Below are positions 26,059 through 37,929 of a DNA stretch of 64,000 bases, piece after piece. The DNA is taken from NCBI GenBank assembly GCA_002633005.1, contig NMRA01000203.1, positions 342,015-406,014 on the forward strand. The letters are read 5' to 3'. Position 1 is the first letter of the stretch; each line of letters starts with the position of its first letter. The DNA is from Phoronis australis. Its lineage: Eukaryota; Animalia; Phoronida. The notes below the pieces were generated by a model. That model ran no database searches, had not been told where the DNA came from, and saw only the letters and a list, made by a program, of their open reading frames with translations. The translations under genes and the position numbers were made by a program.

Positions 26059-27730
26059 CAGATGTGTCTTGCATAGGAACATTTATTTAAATTATTTTCA
26101 TAAACTTAAGTCATTCATAATGCGATTCATGCTTAATAGTTCTATTAAAGACTCTGCCATAACTGTTTTCACTCATTCAGTCAGACTTCAATGGGAATAT
26201 GTGATCTAATAATTTTAAATTACAGTTAAATGCCACCAGTTAAAATTGAAATACATTTTAAATTTAAAAATTGTTATGGTCTCATTTTCTCCATGAACAT
26301 AAGTAGCGCTATTGTTTCAAATTTTTTACCATTTTCAAATTCCATACTATACCTACATAAATTTAAAAAATTGTGGACAGTTGGGCGCACTGCAACACTG
26401 TCCATGTTAGTAGTAAATTGACTAATTTAAAAGGCCAAGTGCATGGACTTGAATTGCTATATGGTGGAAATAGCTTAGATTATACAAATGGGTGTGTTTG
26501 ACTTGTGCGAGTTTTAGCCTACTGTATATGAAATTGTGCATTTTGAATTTTGATTTCCCATGCCGTACACCTTTGTTGCTGCAACAAAATACACACAACT
26601 AATAGTAAGAAAATTGGCATTATGTCGAGTGCTTTCTGTGTGAATGAATATTTAACTAATACATTCTTTACGACTGACAGTGTTTTAGCTATTCTTGAAC
26701 CATTGTCCAGGTACTCCAGGTTCACTCCCAATCGTAAATGTACGCCATTGTTTCAAAAAATTTCAAATCGTCTTCAAGGGTTTGGTAGGCACTCTGGCAA
26801 CACTCCTTATATGGGCATTTTAATTCTCTGTTGGATTGTTCTTGGCAAAGACAACACAATTGAGCAGTTGGTGACCTCTCTTTTAAGGATTTCGAAGGTC
26901 TTCACTCATGTTGAGATAATGTTTTCAACACAATGGATGTTGTCAGAGACAGAGATGAAATTATAAATTAAAAAAAAGTAAAATCAATCACATAATTATT
27001 TTTCCACACATTATATACAGCCTGATTCCAACCAACAAAAATAAGATAACCAAAAGATGTAAGAGTGGAGGCAAGATTTTGACATTTTCTGCCGGACAGG
27101 CAATGCACGGGACCATGCGTTTGACAAAAATTTAAATGACCTCAAAACATAAAACTAACATCAGAAATGTTCTCCTCACCCCCAAAAATATTGAAAGCAT
27201 GCTCTAGTAATAACAGCCGAGATATAACAATTTCCATTTTCGGTAGTGGCCATATTGGATTTTGTGCAAAGCGGCCATCAGGGGGTTAGCACAGTTTGTT
27301 TGCCGCTTTGCGGTGTTTTTTGAATTTCCTTTGCTCATACCTAATATTGTACCAATGCAGAATCTTGTCAGAAATTGCCCAATTTTTACAAATCTGCATA
27401 TATGACCTCCCCGCTATACCCTGCACATTCTAAGATGGAAATGGAGAAAAAAGTGGCTATAAAGCTTCAGTTTGTCACCACAATACCGTATCCTTTCTTT
27501 TAAATCTTAATGGAATAAAACTTATAAAAGAGATCAACTTACGCCGTTACGGTTGCCTGAGCCTGTCTAGGTACTCCGTATTCTCATAAGTGGAAAAAAT
27601 AAAGCAAAGCTAATTAAATATTCTCACGTATATAGCCATGTTGACGAAGCGACTCACTACCCACTGTACTCACTAGGACCAACTTGGTTGTAGGNNNNNN
27701 NNNNNNNNNNNNNNNNNNNNNNNNNNNNNN

Positions 27731-28920
27731 CCCCCCCATGAAACCGGTGAGCGTGCAAACCATTCATATAATAGGCAATTGCCCGCTATTAGCGAGTGGC
27801 TAACGATTCACTGGAAGCACATCTACATCACCCCCCCCCTTTCCGACAGAACAGGCACGCCACCCGGAAGGTGTCCACCAGGTTGCCTGTCTCGCATACA
27901 GGTCATCAACTTCCCTTGGTATAACTTTACCACCACAACACAGGTGAGCCCCCCAGCCCCCTATGGTGCGCCACCCAAGTGTAGGCGTATAGTGTGTTTC
28001 GCAAGTCCATATTGTCTGGCTGAAAGTGCGCCAATTTTTGTCAATGAGTAACGACAGGATGCATAAAATACACGTATGAGCAACCCCTGGGGATCAAAAG
28101 TGTCTGGCGAGAGCAGTTTTTAATTCAGATATTTTGCGCAGTGTACTTTTAGTCTCGCGACAGAACAGCTAGGCCAGTTTGTCCAGCTGGTACTTCTGGT
28201 CCCTCGGCGAACTGGTCTTGTAATATTTTTTTACCAAAGTGTGCTTTGTAAAGCTATCTACTGAGCAGTCAGTACTTTTTGGCCTCGCGACAGCCGATCG
28301 ATTTTTTGTTGAGATATTCAGCATATAGTGTACTAGTTTTTTGTCAGGATCGACGGTCCAGGCCAGCTTATTTGTACAGATAGTGACTCTTGTGATATAT
28401 TTTACCACAGTGTACTTTGTAAAACTACTTACGTCAAACAGTACTTTTTGGTCCCGCGACTGATCGACTACTTTGTTGGGATGACAAGTATAGGTGCACT
28501 TTTGATCTCGTGACGGACCACTTGTGTAGGTGTTGACTCTCAATGTACACCTGGTCCCTCGGTGAACTGGTCTTGAATATCTTTATCACCGCTGTGTACA
28601 GTATGTTTTGGTTCCTTGAAAATGTTTTCACGTGATTTGTTTCCTGACACATTTGACGTTTTTCAATTGTTGCGACACTCAGGAGCCCAGCAGTCAACGT
28701 ATTTCAGCTTAACAACTTGAACTGATACTTAGGTGTATTGTTGCTTTTAATAATAAATTATGCGCTGAGATCACCATCGTTCGTCATATTTCTCGTAACG
28801 AGCCGGAACATCTGTTTATTTACGACCTCCCTCCGCTCGGCGCCACGTGCTTCGGATTCTCGATTTGCGGGAATCCTGACCGACCCCCCCCCCCTTACTG
28901 AAAATGTAGATCCGCCACTG
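27731..28920. mobile_element. Non-autonomous DNA transposon (hAT-like CAGTGGCGGATC terminus) with internal higher-order repeat
   Basis: Right end agatccgccactg after a poly-C run; left end presumably in the N gap 27695-27730; degenerate ~60-bp monomers at 28128-28610. Confidence 0.45.
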
Positions 28921-30059
28921 GACAGCATCTGTTCCAGATGAAGACTTTTTACAGGCCTACATGAAGGCTGATGACAGAAATTTTCTACATTCAGTTATTT
29001 CATAGACGAGAATGGGCACAATAAACAGATCGATTTGGACGATCAGTATGGTCAGTGGTGCATTCGGAGAGAGCGCAAAAATCAGTCAGTGAGACATAAA
29101 TAGCATAACATAGTCTGATAACGCTATGAGAAAAGCCTCAAAGACATTTCTCAGCAATGTTTTTGAATGAGCTTGATGGTATATTTCTAATAGTTTACCC
29201 TTTGAGGGCCCTGACCAGGATATCGTTCTTAGGCCGGGTCACCTCCTAGGTTTTGCAGCTTAGGTTGTCTAAACGCACCTGAAAAAGTGCACTTAATCAT
29301 TCAAACATGTATTTTGAAAAATCGAGAAAATTTTAAATTCAATAAGACAATTTTGCGATTGCAAAACTATATTTTTCCAGAGGCCACTCTTTGGCAAGGG
29401 ATAACAGAGACGAAATTGCATATCACTATTTGAGAAAAGTTGACGACCTGACAGACAATATCATATGCTGCGCATTTCCTGATCTTCGAAAATACAGATC
29501 TTTTCATATGCAGGGCCCAGTCCTTGAAGGGGGCCATGGACGACATTCAAGTGGCCACCCTTTTTGTGTTTTTTACGGTGCCGCTCACGGAGAGAGAGAC
29601 GAATGTTGAAGTCGATTTCCTCTATTTTCCTGTGTTTTTTGTGAAATCGTACAACCGGCTTTCATGTTGAGGAAGGTCACTTCTTGCAAGGTCACACGAC
29701 GATGGAATGAACTGTTACTCTTTTCCAAGCTTAACGATGTTTAGTCTTTCATCTTAAGGTGTCACATTTCAGAGGGGACCCTCTCTCGGTGAAGCTGTTC
29801 GGGGGAATTCTCCCTTCGTCACTCTATACATGTAAATACGACACTTCCAAGTATTCAATAGGGGCAGCTGAGATTCCAAATTCATCAAAAACACAAAACA
29901 TTTGTGCACAGCTCAGCAGCATCGAGACAAGGACTCAAACAACAAGAAATGTAAAAAACACAATAGGATTGACCGCCATTGAAAAGGTAGAATTTTGAAG
30001 AACGTGAAGACCATTATTTGTGAATTACACAAAAAGACTATTTCCGATGGCTAGTTATT

Positions 30060-30760
30060 AGAAGCTAATCTTGTAAGAATTGGTGATGCTTCAATGAATT
30101 ATATTTGCAGCCTGAAGTTGGAAAAACTCTATAATCTGATCCCCAAATATATTTAGACGATTTTGCCTATCTAAAATAACTTTCAAAGACATTGGTGAAA
30201 TTTGGACAGTTCCCAAAATGTACAATTCAAATAACAATGAATTCATTGCTTTTTGACTTAGGTACGAGATTTGTTGTTTAAACTCATGAACAGAAGACTC
30301 AAAAGGAATTAAGTCATTAAATCAAGGTAAACGCATTGCTCCTGAAATTGATTGTTGCTTTCTGATTTACATGTTTATGCATCTACGAAAATTAACTGGT
30401 TGATAGATATTTTTGACAACTAAAAGCTAATCTTGTAAGAAATTACGATGCTTCACTGAACTTAGTTGCAGGCTGACATTGGGAAATTCGATCTATCATC
30501 AGATGCCTAAATAGCAAAGGATATTTAACGATTTTTGTCTATTTGAAATCAAGTCTCGAGAATAATGATGAATGTCGTACAGCTCTACAAAGTGTACGAA
30601 AATGTTCTAACAAATCAAATGACAAGCAATTGTTTATTGACTTAGGAACTAGATTAGTGGTTTAAATTCACAAACCGTAAATCGTAAAAGAAGTTTAAGT
30701 ATTTCAATAAATAAAATTAAACTCATTGCTCATAAACTTCGAACGGTTGTCTTTGCACTT
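30060..30760. repeat. Old diverged tandem duplication of ~360 bp
   Basis: aagctaatcttgtaagaa...gacttagg...cattgctc occurs at 30062-30345 and again at 30424-30735. Confidence 0.7.
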
Positions 30761-32329
30761 CCTCGATGTTTTTAGTTTCCAGTAGTATTGCGCAGTGAAT
30801 TTTTGTTCTTCAAAATTGAAACGTTTGCTTGTATTTCCCGTGCATACTACACAGACAGAGCAGGTCATGACTGACGCACCGACTTCAAAATAAGGTGCAA
30901 CCTTGCAGTAGACCCGCGTACTCTAATTGATCCACGGGAACTGAATTTGAACTCAAGGCGTTGAAGTGCGTACATTTTTGGGACGCACTCTGTAGCTTTT
31001 TCCCCAGCCACCAGAAACTGGACTATTGACCGTGTTTGAACCGGTATTTTGAAACAGCCCAAAGGCACTATACCAAGGACCTCCGCAAGATGGACATGGA
31101 AAAACGCATTAATGGCAGTATGGGAATACTGACTGCACCCATGGTTGAGACCATGTCAGGTGAATGAAATGGCATGCTGTGACAACAATTTACATAATTA
31201 GAGACTGTCTCAAGTAGTAACAAATTGCTAAAAATTTTGAAGCCCAATATCCACACCTATTTTATCAAGGTACAATTCGCGATCAATTTCGTATTAATGA
31301 TACGTGGTCTAAATGAAAAGTTGGTTTTCGTGATCCAGAGGGCATGTTTATATCTACTTTAAATACCAGTAGAGCATAGAGTCTTTACAAGAGCAGACAC
31401 AAACCTTTGATGCAGATTGTAAGGATGCAGGTGACAAAGAAGATAAGGACAAAGGTGAACAACAGCTCTCAATCCCTGCAAGATGACAATAGTGGCATTT
31501 GTAAGGAGACATTCAGTTCAAAATTCGTTCTGAGGCCTCTATACTGAAACCTCAGACCAGTATGTATGAAACTGACATAGTGACATTGAATAGACAGCAG
31601 GAATCATACAAAGGCTAATTTAGGAGAGATGAGGGGCTCAGGTATGATTATTATCTCTTCCTGGTTCAAGTAATGTGCTTAGACCATTCAGACAGCAAGT
31701 AACATTTTTATTCTAGTCTAATATGGAAATACAGAGAAAACGTGGCTATCAATAATTGAATAAGTTTCAGTTTAGCACACTTATTCTTTTTTAAAATTTA
31801 ATGGAATAAGACAGACCAACTTACGGTTACATGGGCATGTGTAGGTGCCCAGTCCTGTCATAACTGGAAAAAATAAAGCAAAACTAATTAGATATTCTCA
31901 AGTATAGCTATGTTGATCAAGACTCACCACCCACAGTACTCATTACAACCAACAGGGATATGAGCTCTCTAATAAAGCTATTGGCATGGCCAAGTGAGGG
32001 ACAGCGGGCAGCATGTCCCTAACACATCCTACAAACTTCTCCCACCAGGACAATTCTTTACACCAACTGCTACACTGCTTTGCTTGTTGAAATCAATCTA
32101 CCATTCGCAAGTGCAAATTACTAATCATGGCGAGCATGAATCAGTAGGCTAGTATTAGTAAGTAGGGGTAACCCCGTGGCAACAAATCGCAGGACAAAAA
32201 CTGAACATCTGATTGAATTGCCTCTCTTCAGAATGATTCGGGTCTGGTGTATGCCGACTGAGATCTGTTACCCAGTGAATGCTCTAAGCGTATATACGAG
32301 TCACTGAACATCTTACAAACGGCACTTAC

Positions 32330-32568
32330 TCTCAATACTGTAGTGGACCTTGTCCATCAAAACGAAAGCCTTGCAAAATGTGCGTGAGCTCGCGAACATT
32401 CAATCTTGTCCTCATGGTTTCCCACCTTTTGAATGTGAGTCGCTTAGGTACACGGTTTGTTGACAATGCCGCTTTTTGTACTGACTAACTCGTCTTTTTC
32501 CGAATCTCATAGAGCAGGACGACCGCGATTGGCCTTCAGTTCGGCCGTACACTACTAGTCTCCGCCAT
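32330..32568 (-). pseudogene. Frameshifted first exon resembling the N-terminal domain of ZNF653/ZNF692-type and transposon-associated proteins
   Basis: AAATGGCGG start and GTAAGT donor at 32329; allowing frameshifts it reads RGRPAL..KKR..TVYLSDS..RWETMRTRLNVR.HAHFARL.LMDK. Confidence 0.4.
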
Positions 32569-33792
32569 TTGTATTTCAGTTGACCTCTGTGGCTGCGCGT
32601 GCGTTGTTTTAATGTTTACATGTATTTTAATGACTATCCTTTTTATTCCTTTTACATATTTCATTCATTTGTAGTATTTACACTGATTTTTTCAAATTTT
32701 TTCACGTGTTGAAAGTTAATAACTATTTGAACTTTATGTCATACCAAAAACGGCTATAACGGCGTTAAGAGGTTTTTCTTCTAAAACTCGGACCATAGAC
32801 ATTTAAGAAGAAAGTTTCAGTTCCCTGGTTTTTGGATCAAATTTTAAACTCCCCATGATTGATAAATAAATTCTGCGCCATCACGTCGAATTATGTGTTG
32901 GTCTTCATGAGTTTTAACACTGCCACAGCATTTTGCACCTGATTTTTTAATCTCACAGACATGTAGTCTAGGCTTTAGATAGTGACATGTAGTTAATGTA
33001 CCGATCCAAATATCGAGCACGCAGACAAATTTATAAAGATGAACCTGCCGTCTGTTTAAATGGGCTAAAGCGTTTCAGTGAGGCCACTTCCAACAACTGC
33101 TCTCAACTGGCCCTTTACTTTGGGCTTAGGAAGACTCAGCAGTTCGTTATTGCTCGAAACCCTACTCTACGCATAAAATGACCTGCCGAGTAAAGTCTAG
33201 TTACTGAACCTGGTCTTATAAGTAAATAACAAATTGTTTTTTAATTAAGTTGAGGCATATTTTAAAACAATTTTTAAACCTAATTTAGGTGGGCTTAGTT
33301 GCAGCACTATATCTAGACCCAGGAGCACACGTTTTAACCCTATTAGATTATTAGAACGTGTTATAACGAAGCCATTAATACAGCTTAACCTTAGCGAAAT
33401 CCGTAAGCTAAGAGAAAAATTCATATAAATCCTCACTTGTCACGAACTGGAGCCGAATAATACTTTGCCGTTTTAGATTTGCCGCTAAGTCGGAAGTGAA
33501 AATGGAAAGGAACGAATAACAAATCCGTCTATTCGACTGGGCTAAGCGTACAGGGAGTAAGTTAACCCTGGTGAACAGTATAAACATAACACCGAACATC
33601 CAATATCAGAATAATTACTTAAAATTGCTAAACAGTAATTACCTTCGCAAGCCTTGAATAGATGAAATTGGCGTGACCAAAAGATTTTAAAAATATTGCG
33701 TCGAGCTCCTAACATCGCCGACATTCAGCTCATAGCCTAAACCTCACTACACCCACCCCCGTTTGCGTTTTCAACCGCGGAGGGGGGGGGNT

Positions 33793-33889
33793 GCTTTATA
33801 CTGTATTGCTTTATACTGTATTGCTTTATACTGTATTGCTTTATACTGTATTGCTTTATACTGTATTGCTTTATACTGTATTGCTTTAT
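33793..33889. repeat. 15-bp tandem repeat (tgctttatactgtat), ~6.5 copies
   Basis: Directly visible right after the N at 33791. Confidence 0.95.
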
Positions 33890-35157
33890 GTGACATGTAA
33901 TTATCATGCTAGAGCAAAATAAAAGTATGAAAAAGGGGGGTGGGGTATCGATTGCAAATTTTTGTCTCGTTTTTGAACATGTTTTGTCAAATAATTGACA
34001 ATTGAAGTCAATTAAAATGGGATTATTTTCCGGGCGGGTGACAAATCGGTCAACTACCGAGGAAACTCCTGCGGTTGTCGTGTCTGGGCAGCAAAAATCA
34101 ATCACAGGTGCACGTTATTGTAATTCAGGTGAGGAGCGCCCTGTTTTGAGATAAAAATGTTTTTGTTTGTAAAAACATAACCGTGCGTGAATGTTTTTCT
34201 TCGACTTTACTTATATTGGTAAAGATTTCCAAGTTTTTCAACTAGATTAACCCTTTGAGATAAGCACTCTAAGCCCAGTTGTAGCTAAGATGATACATGA
34301 GTTCAGTTACGTTTTTAAAAGCAGCGTCATAAATCTATGTTTAACCCAAAATAATTTTTAGATTACATGCATGGTTCGCATCTACTTAACTTGGACCGGA
34401 ATACTTTTTAATATATTTAGTATCCATTTTCATTTGTGATAGCAAGCACAAATTTTAATTACTTAATTGTCTTTCTGTGTTTTTGTTTTTGTGTGTTTGT
34501 CAGTGTTTTTGTTACTAGATCGTATTATAATGTTATACCATAGGAATTGTTTCTTGTAATTTTGATATCAGTCATTAATTATCATAAGTGTTAATCCGTC
34601 TGCAAATAATGTCATCGATTTTCGGACAGAAATTGTATCATTTGCGGTTCACTTTCTTAAGATGAAACAAACAGTTATCAAGCAAATTAATTAAGAACAT
34701 TTCAGCTGGACGAAAGCATTTCACTCACTACCCAACAGAGGTCGCGCCAGTACAGTTTCACAGGAAAGAAATGAATCTTATCAGTCGACCACCTCCTGTA
34801 GATGGGTACAGTTGTGATCCCCGTTACGTAGGGTTTTAACTAGTTACGTCCGGCTGAAATATTTGTAAATAATCATATTCATGGACCTGGTGGTATCAAT
34901 ATCTTCATCAATTAATTGGTAGTCTATATTCCCTCTTTATGACCCTCTTCGTACTGTGTGGAGCCGTCCCAGATACGACTGTCTTAGCAGCTGGCCCCAC
35001 CGGCCACTTTTACGAAGTAAGACCCTAAAATTTTGTTTACTACTTCATATTCAAAATCTGTATGAGCGTGATTGGGGATAAGAGTGATTTACACGGTAAG
35101 TAGCATTACATTTACATGTCATTTTTGGTAGTTGCAGTATTTGGAACCTGCACTCCT

Positions 35158-35429
35158 CATGTGCGCACCCAGCCTTTAATATGGGGGGCTCGAATTTCTG
35201 GCGATGTGCACCTTTTGCAGACAAAAAGCGGGAGGACTAAAAAAAACTAGGTACCACCTTCACTGTGCGTCTGTGCCTTTTTAGTGGAGTGTTGTCTCGT
35301 TTTCTCGGACTTTTTGTTTCTCTGAGGCGTACCTTTTTGACCATTTCGCCAAATGGGGGGGGGGGGGGNNNNNNNNNNNNNNNNNNGGTTGGAGCCCTCC
35401 GAGCCCTGCGCCTCCTGGGTGCGCGCATG
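35158..35429. mobile_element. Short MITE spanning an assembly gap
   Basis: TIR catgtgcgcacccag...ctgggtgcgcgcatg; no convincing TSD. Confidence 0.55.
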
Positions 35430-35700
35430 CTTCTTGCATAAATCAATTTCAGTTAGTCAGTGCGTATTAGGCCTGCCAAAAGGTGAAATAAAGTAGCGTG
35501 CAATTCGATGGTATGGAACGATTAGCTTCAGACCCAATCGTAAAATATTTATATCAAACAACTACATGTAGACGACAAAAACAATTTGTTATAAGTCCAT
35601 GACTACATTTTGGCTCCGATGCTGTTAAAATTGTCACCATAGTAAATTAAAGTTTCCCCGCAGTCCAATTCGAACCAATCGAAAAACAAAACATTCGCTG

Positions 35701-36333
35701 TTAATTGTTTTGAACGCCTGCAATTTTGTTTTTCGTTTGAGGTTGGGGATCCAGTGGTGTAAGACCTTCTTTGTCACAATTTTTCTCCTTGGCCTCAACT
35801 TCGCCGTGTGTTCCAGACATTACCGGTTTCCTCATCCTTTTCTGCCTCAGTGGAGGAAGATGACCGCGACCGTGGTATGTATGTGCGTTACGCGGTCTCA
35901 ACAAGTCGTTTTTAAGCAGAAAGGGTGCTTTCGTTGGGAGATTGACCGCGGAATTAGCCTCTATACACTGAGTCATCAACTCCGCGGCTGGGGTCAACTG
36001 CGCGTGATGGTGCATCTCGATCCGAGGCTGGATTACATTATAATCTTTTCCTGGAGATTCTTCGGGTTCTAGATCAATAACCTCTATGACCGTACAACCG
36101 ACGTTCTTTACTCTATTACGAAGTCTTTCTTGCTCGTCCCTTGGATGTATCACCTCTGTTGGTTTGTCCTTCTCCCAAGCTTTGCATTTGGCCTCAAGTT
36201 TGTCACATGCTTTCAGTTTTGACTTCTTTGTTCTTTTCTCGTGTTTTCGTTTAGTTAAGGCTATTCTCTTTTTATGGCCGCCGCTCAATCGATCTTTTCC
36301 TTCCTCCCTGTTTTTCGCTAACGAATTCCCCAT
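35701..36333 (-). CDS. Uncharacterised 210-aa basic, probably disordered protein starting MGNSLAK (single coding exon)
   Basis: Longest non-repeat ORF here without a family match; pyrimidine tract plus AG just upstream (~36372-36400) and a GTGAGT donor at ~36925 suggest a spliced 5' UTR. Confidence 0.55.
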   Translation of the reverse strand: MGNSLAKNREEGKDRLSGGHKKRIALTKRKHEKRTKKSKLKACDKLEAKCKAWEKDKPTEVIHPRDEQERLRNRVKNVGCTVIEVIDLEPEESPGKDYNVIQPRIEMHHHAQLTPAAELMTQCIEANSAVNLPTKAPFLLKNDLLRPRNAHTYHGRGHLPPLRQKRMRKPVMSGTHGEVEAKEKNCDKEGLTPLDPQPQTKNKIAGVQNN

Positions 36334-37199
36334 AACGACGATATTCACTAATAATTGAAATGTTTCGTTATCTTTGGCAAGGCGAAAAACACAATAGAAG
36401 ATTTTTTTTTTCAGAAATAAGCCACCAACTGCTGAACATCGCGCATTTGTTTATAATGAATGTTTCCCGTAGCGACACTAGTAATGTCATCGACAACCCT
36501 TTGACTGAGTGAGCGGGAAACAAGTTTGTCCCGTTATTTAAAGAGGCCTGGAACGCGAAAAAACAGACTAAATTGCAATATTCAAAGTGGCTCTGAAACA
36601 GAACTCAATCTGTTCACCAGATATCAAAACGTTTTTCTTTTAGTTTCAAATTTAAAAAAACGACATATCAACTGCTCGCCACTTCGTCGATTTTTCTACC
36701 ACAAGGCAAAGCACGTCTCCTTATTTGGTATGGTAATACACAGACGTAGCATATTTCCTTATATGAAAAGTGTGACCTTTGCTTTTGATGTAAACAAAAA
36801 TAAATGCGACTTCCAGCCAGTCTGATTAAGAGATAATTGATTTAAGTCCTAACTCTTTAAAGATAGTTATAATGTATCATAGTATTCTTTTTACCTAAAC
36901 AACTTTCAAGAATGAATTGACTCACCGGAGACAGCCCAAGAGTTATTATCTCTACGGCGAAGGATGTTACAGCTGTGTCTCCGATGAGTTGCCAGCAGTC
37001 ACTGGTGCGGTGCGCGGCTGCATACGCTCTGCGGCTGGGTTTAAGATCTTTCATAGGCCTAACTATACCCAATATTCTAAATTTTGTGCTTGGAATCATT
37101 TTTTAAAAATTTGCTTACTTCATTGGCTTGCCTCATACTGTGCTCACGACTTCTAATTCGGAGTGTGACCACACATGATATCCGTCTTATCAGTCAGTA

Positions 37200-37620
37200 G
37201 CTTGTCGAATGACTGTGAGCGCATGCGCACATTTATCATAAGTAGGAAGGAGATTAGAAACTCTGGTGTAACTATAGAGTTCTTCCTTTGCACGTATTTC
37301 TCAAATGATGAATAAGTGATTTTTTCTGGAAATTTCGTCACGGGGAAAGTGAATTACACGTGCTAGAAGCTGCGAGATGGTACTTTCGTCGCGAATTGTT
37401 TAAAAGATATTTTTGTCGAGTTTTCCGCCTTCCATGCCTCTTTAAAGTTTGTCGTTGAAACTGGATCAATTGACCAATTGCATCATGTGGCACGTTTCTA
37501 ATGAACGTGCAAATTTGTACTCGAATCATGCGGCGTGATTGGTTAATCTTAGGCTCTGGGTCCGATTTCAGTCTGAGATCAGAGATTACATCCTATTGGA
37601 TTGGCAACAATTTCAGACTG
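37200..37620. promoter_or_regulatory. Candidate divergent promoter between the orphan ORF and the tetraspanin
   Basis: NRF1-type palindrome GCGCATGCGC at 37219-37228 and CCAAT boxes near 37474, 37538 and 37594-37603. Confidence 0.35.
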
Positions 37621-37929
37621 AGTAAAATTGTCAATGATTTTCCCAGGTGATAGCATTTATTGGTAAAACTTCTTTACCAAATTTCCAAACCTGACCATGC
37701 ATGGTAATAGAATTATCTTTCCGAAACTAATACCAAGCAATTAGCATTTTGATCTACGTTATGAATGTTTTCGTTTCTGTAATTTAAAATTTAACGTGTA
37801 ACCAAACCCACCTATTTCACCAGTTCATTGCCCGCGCTACATCACGACGCGTCAACAGTTTGTGACGTTTACATGTAATTTATCGATTAAGTTTACTGGC
37901 GGATTTAACTAGACAAAAGCGTCGTTGAA

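Noticed and set aside
25400-26950. Minus-strand MULE transposase with SWIM/PHD-like fragments
   Set aside because: Motifs are too fragmentary and the best one is just the antisense of the end of the COX20 last exon.
28128-28610. CRISPR-like repeat-spacer array
   Set aside because: Repeats are degenerate, linkers recur at a trimer period, no cas genes, eukaryotic context.
27400-32400. snoRNA host gene
   Set aside because: No properly spaced C (RTGATGA) and D (CTGA) box pair found in the candidate introns; H/ACA RNAs could not be assessed by eye.
36926-36983. Pre-miRNA-like hairpin (cggagacagc...gctgtgtctccg)
   Set aside because: Only the basal ~10 bp pair well and it abuts a splice donor.
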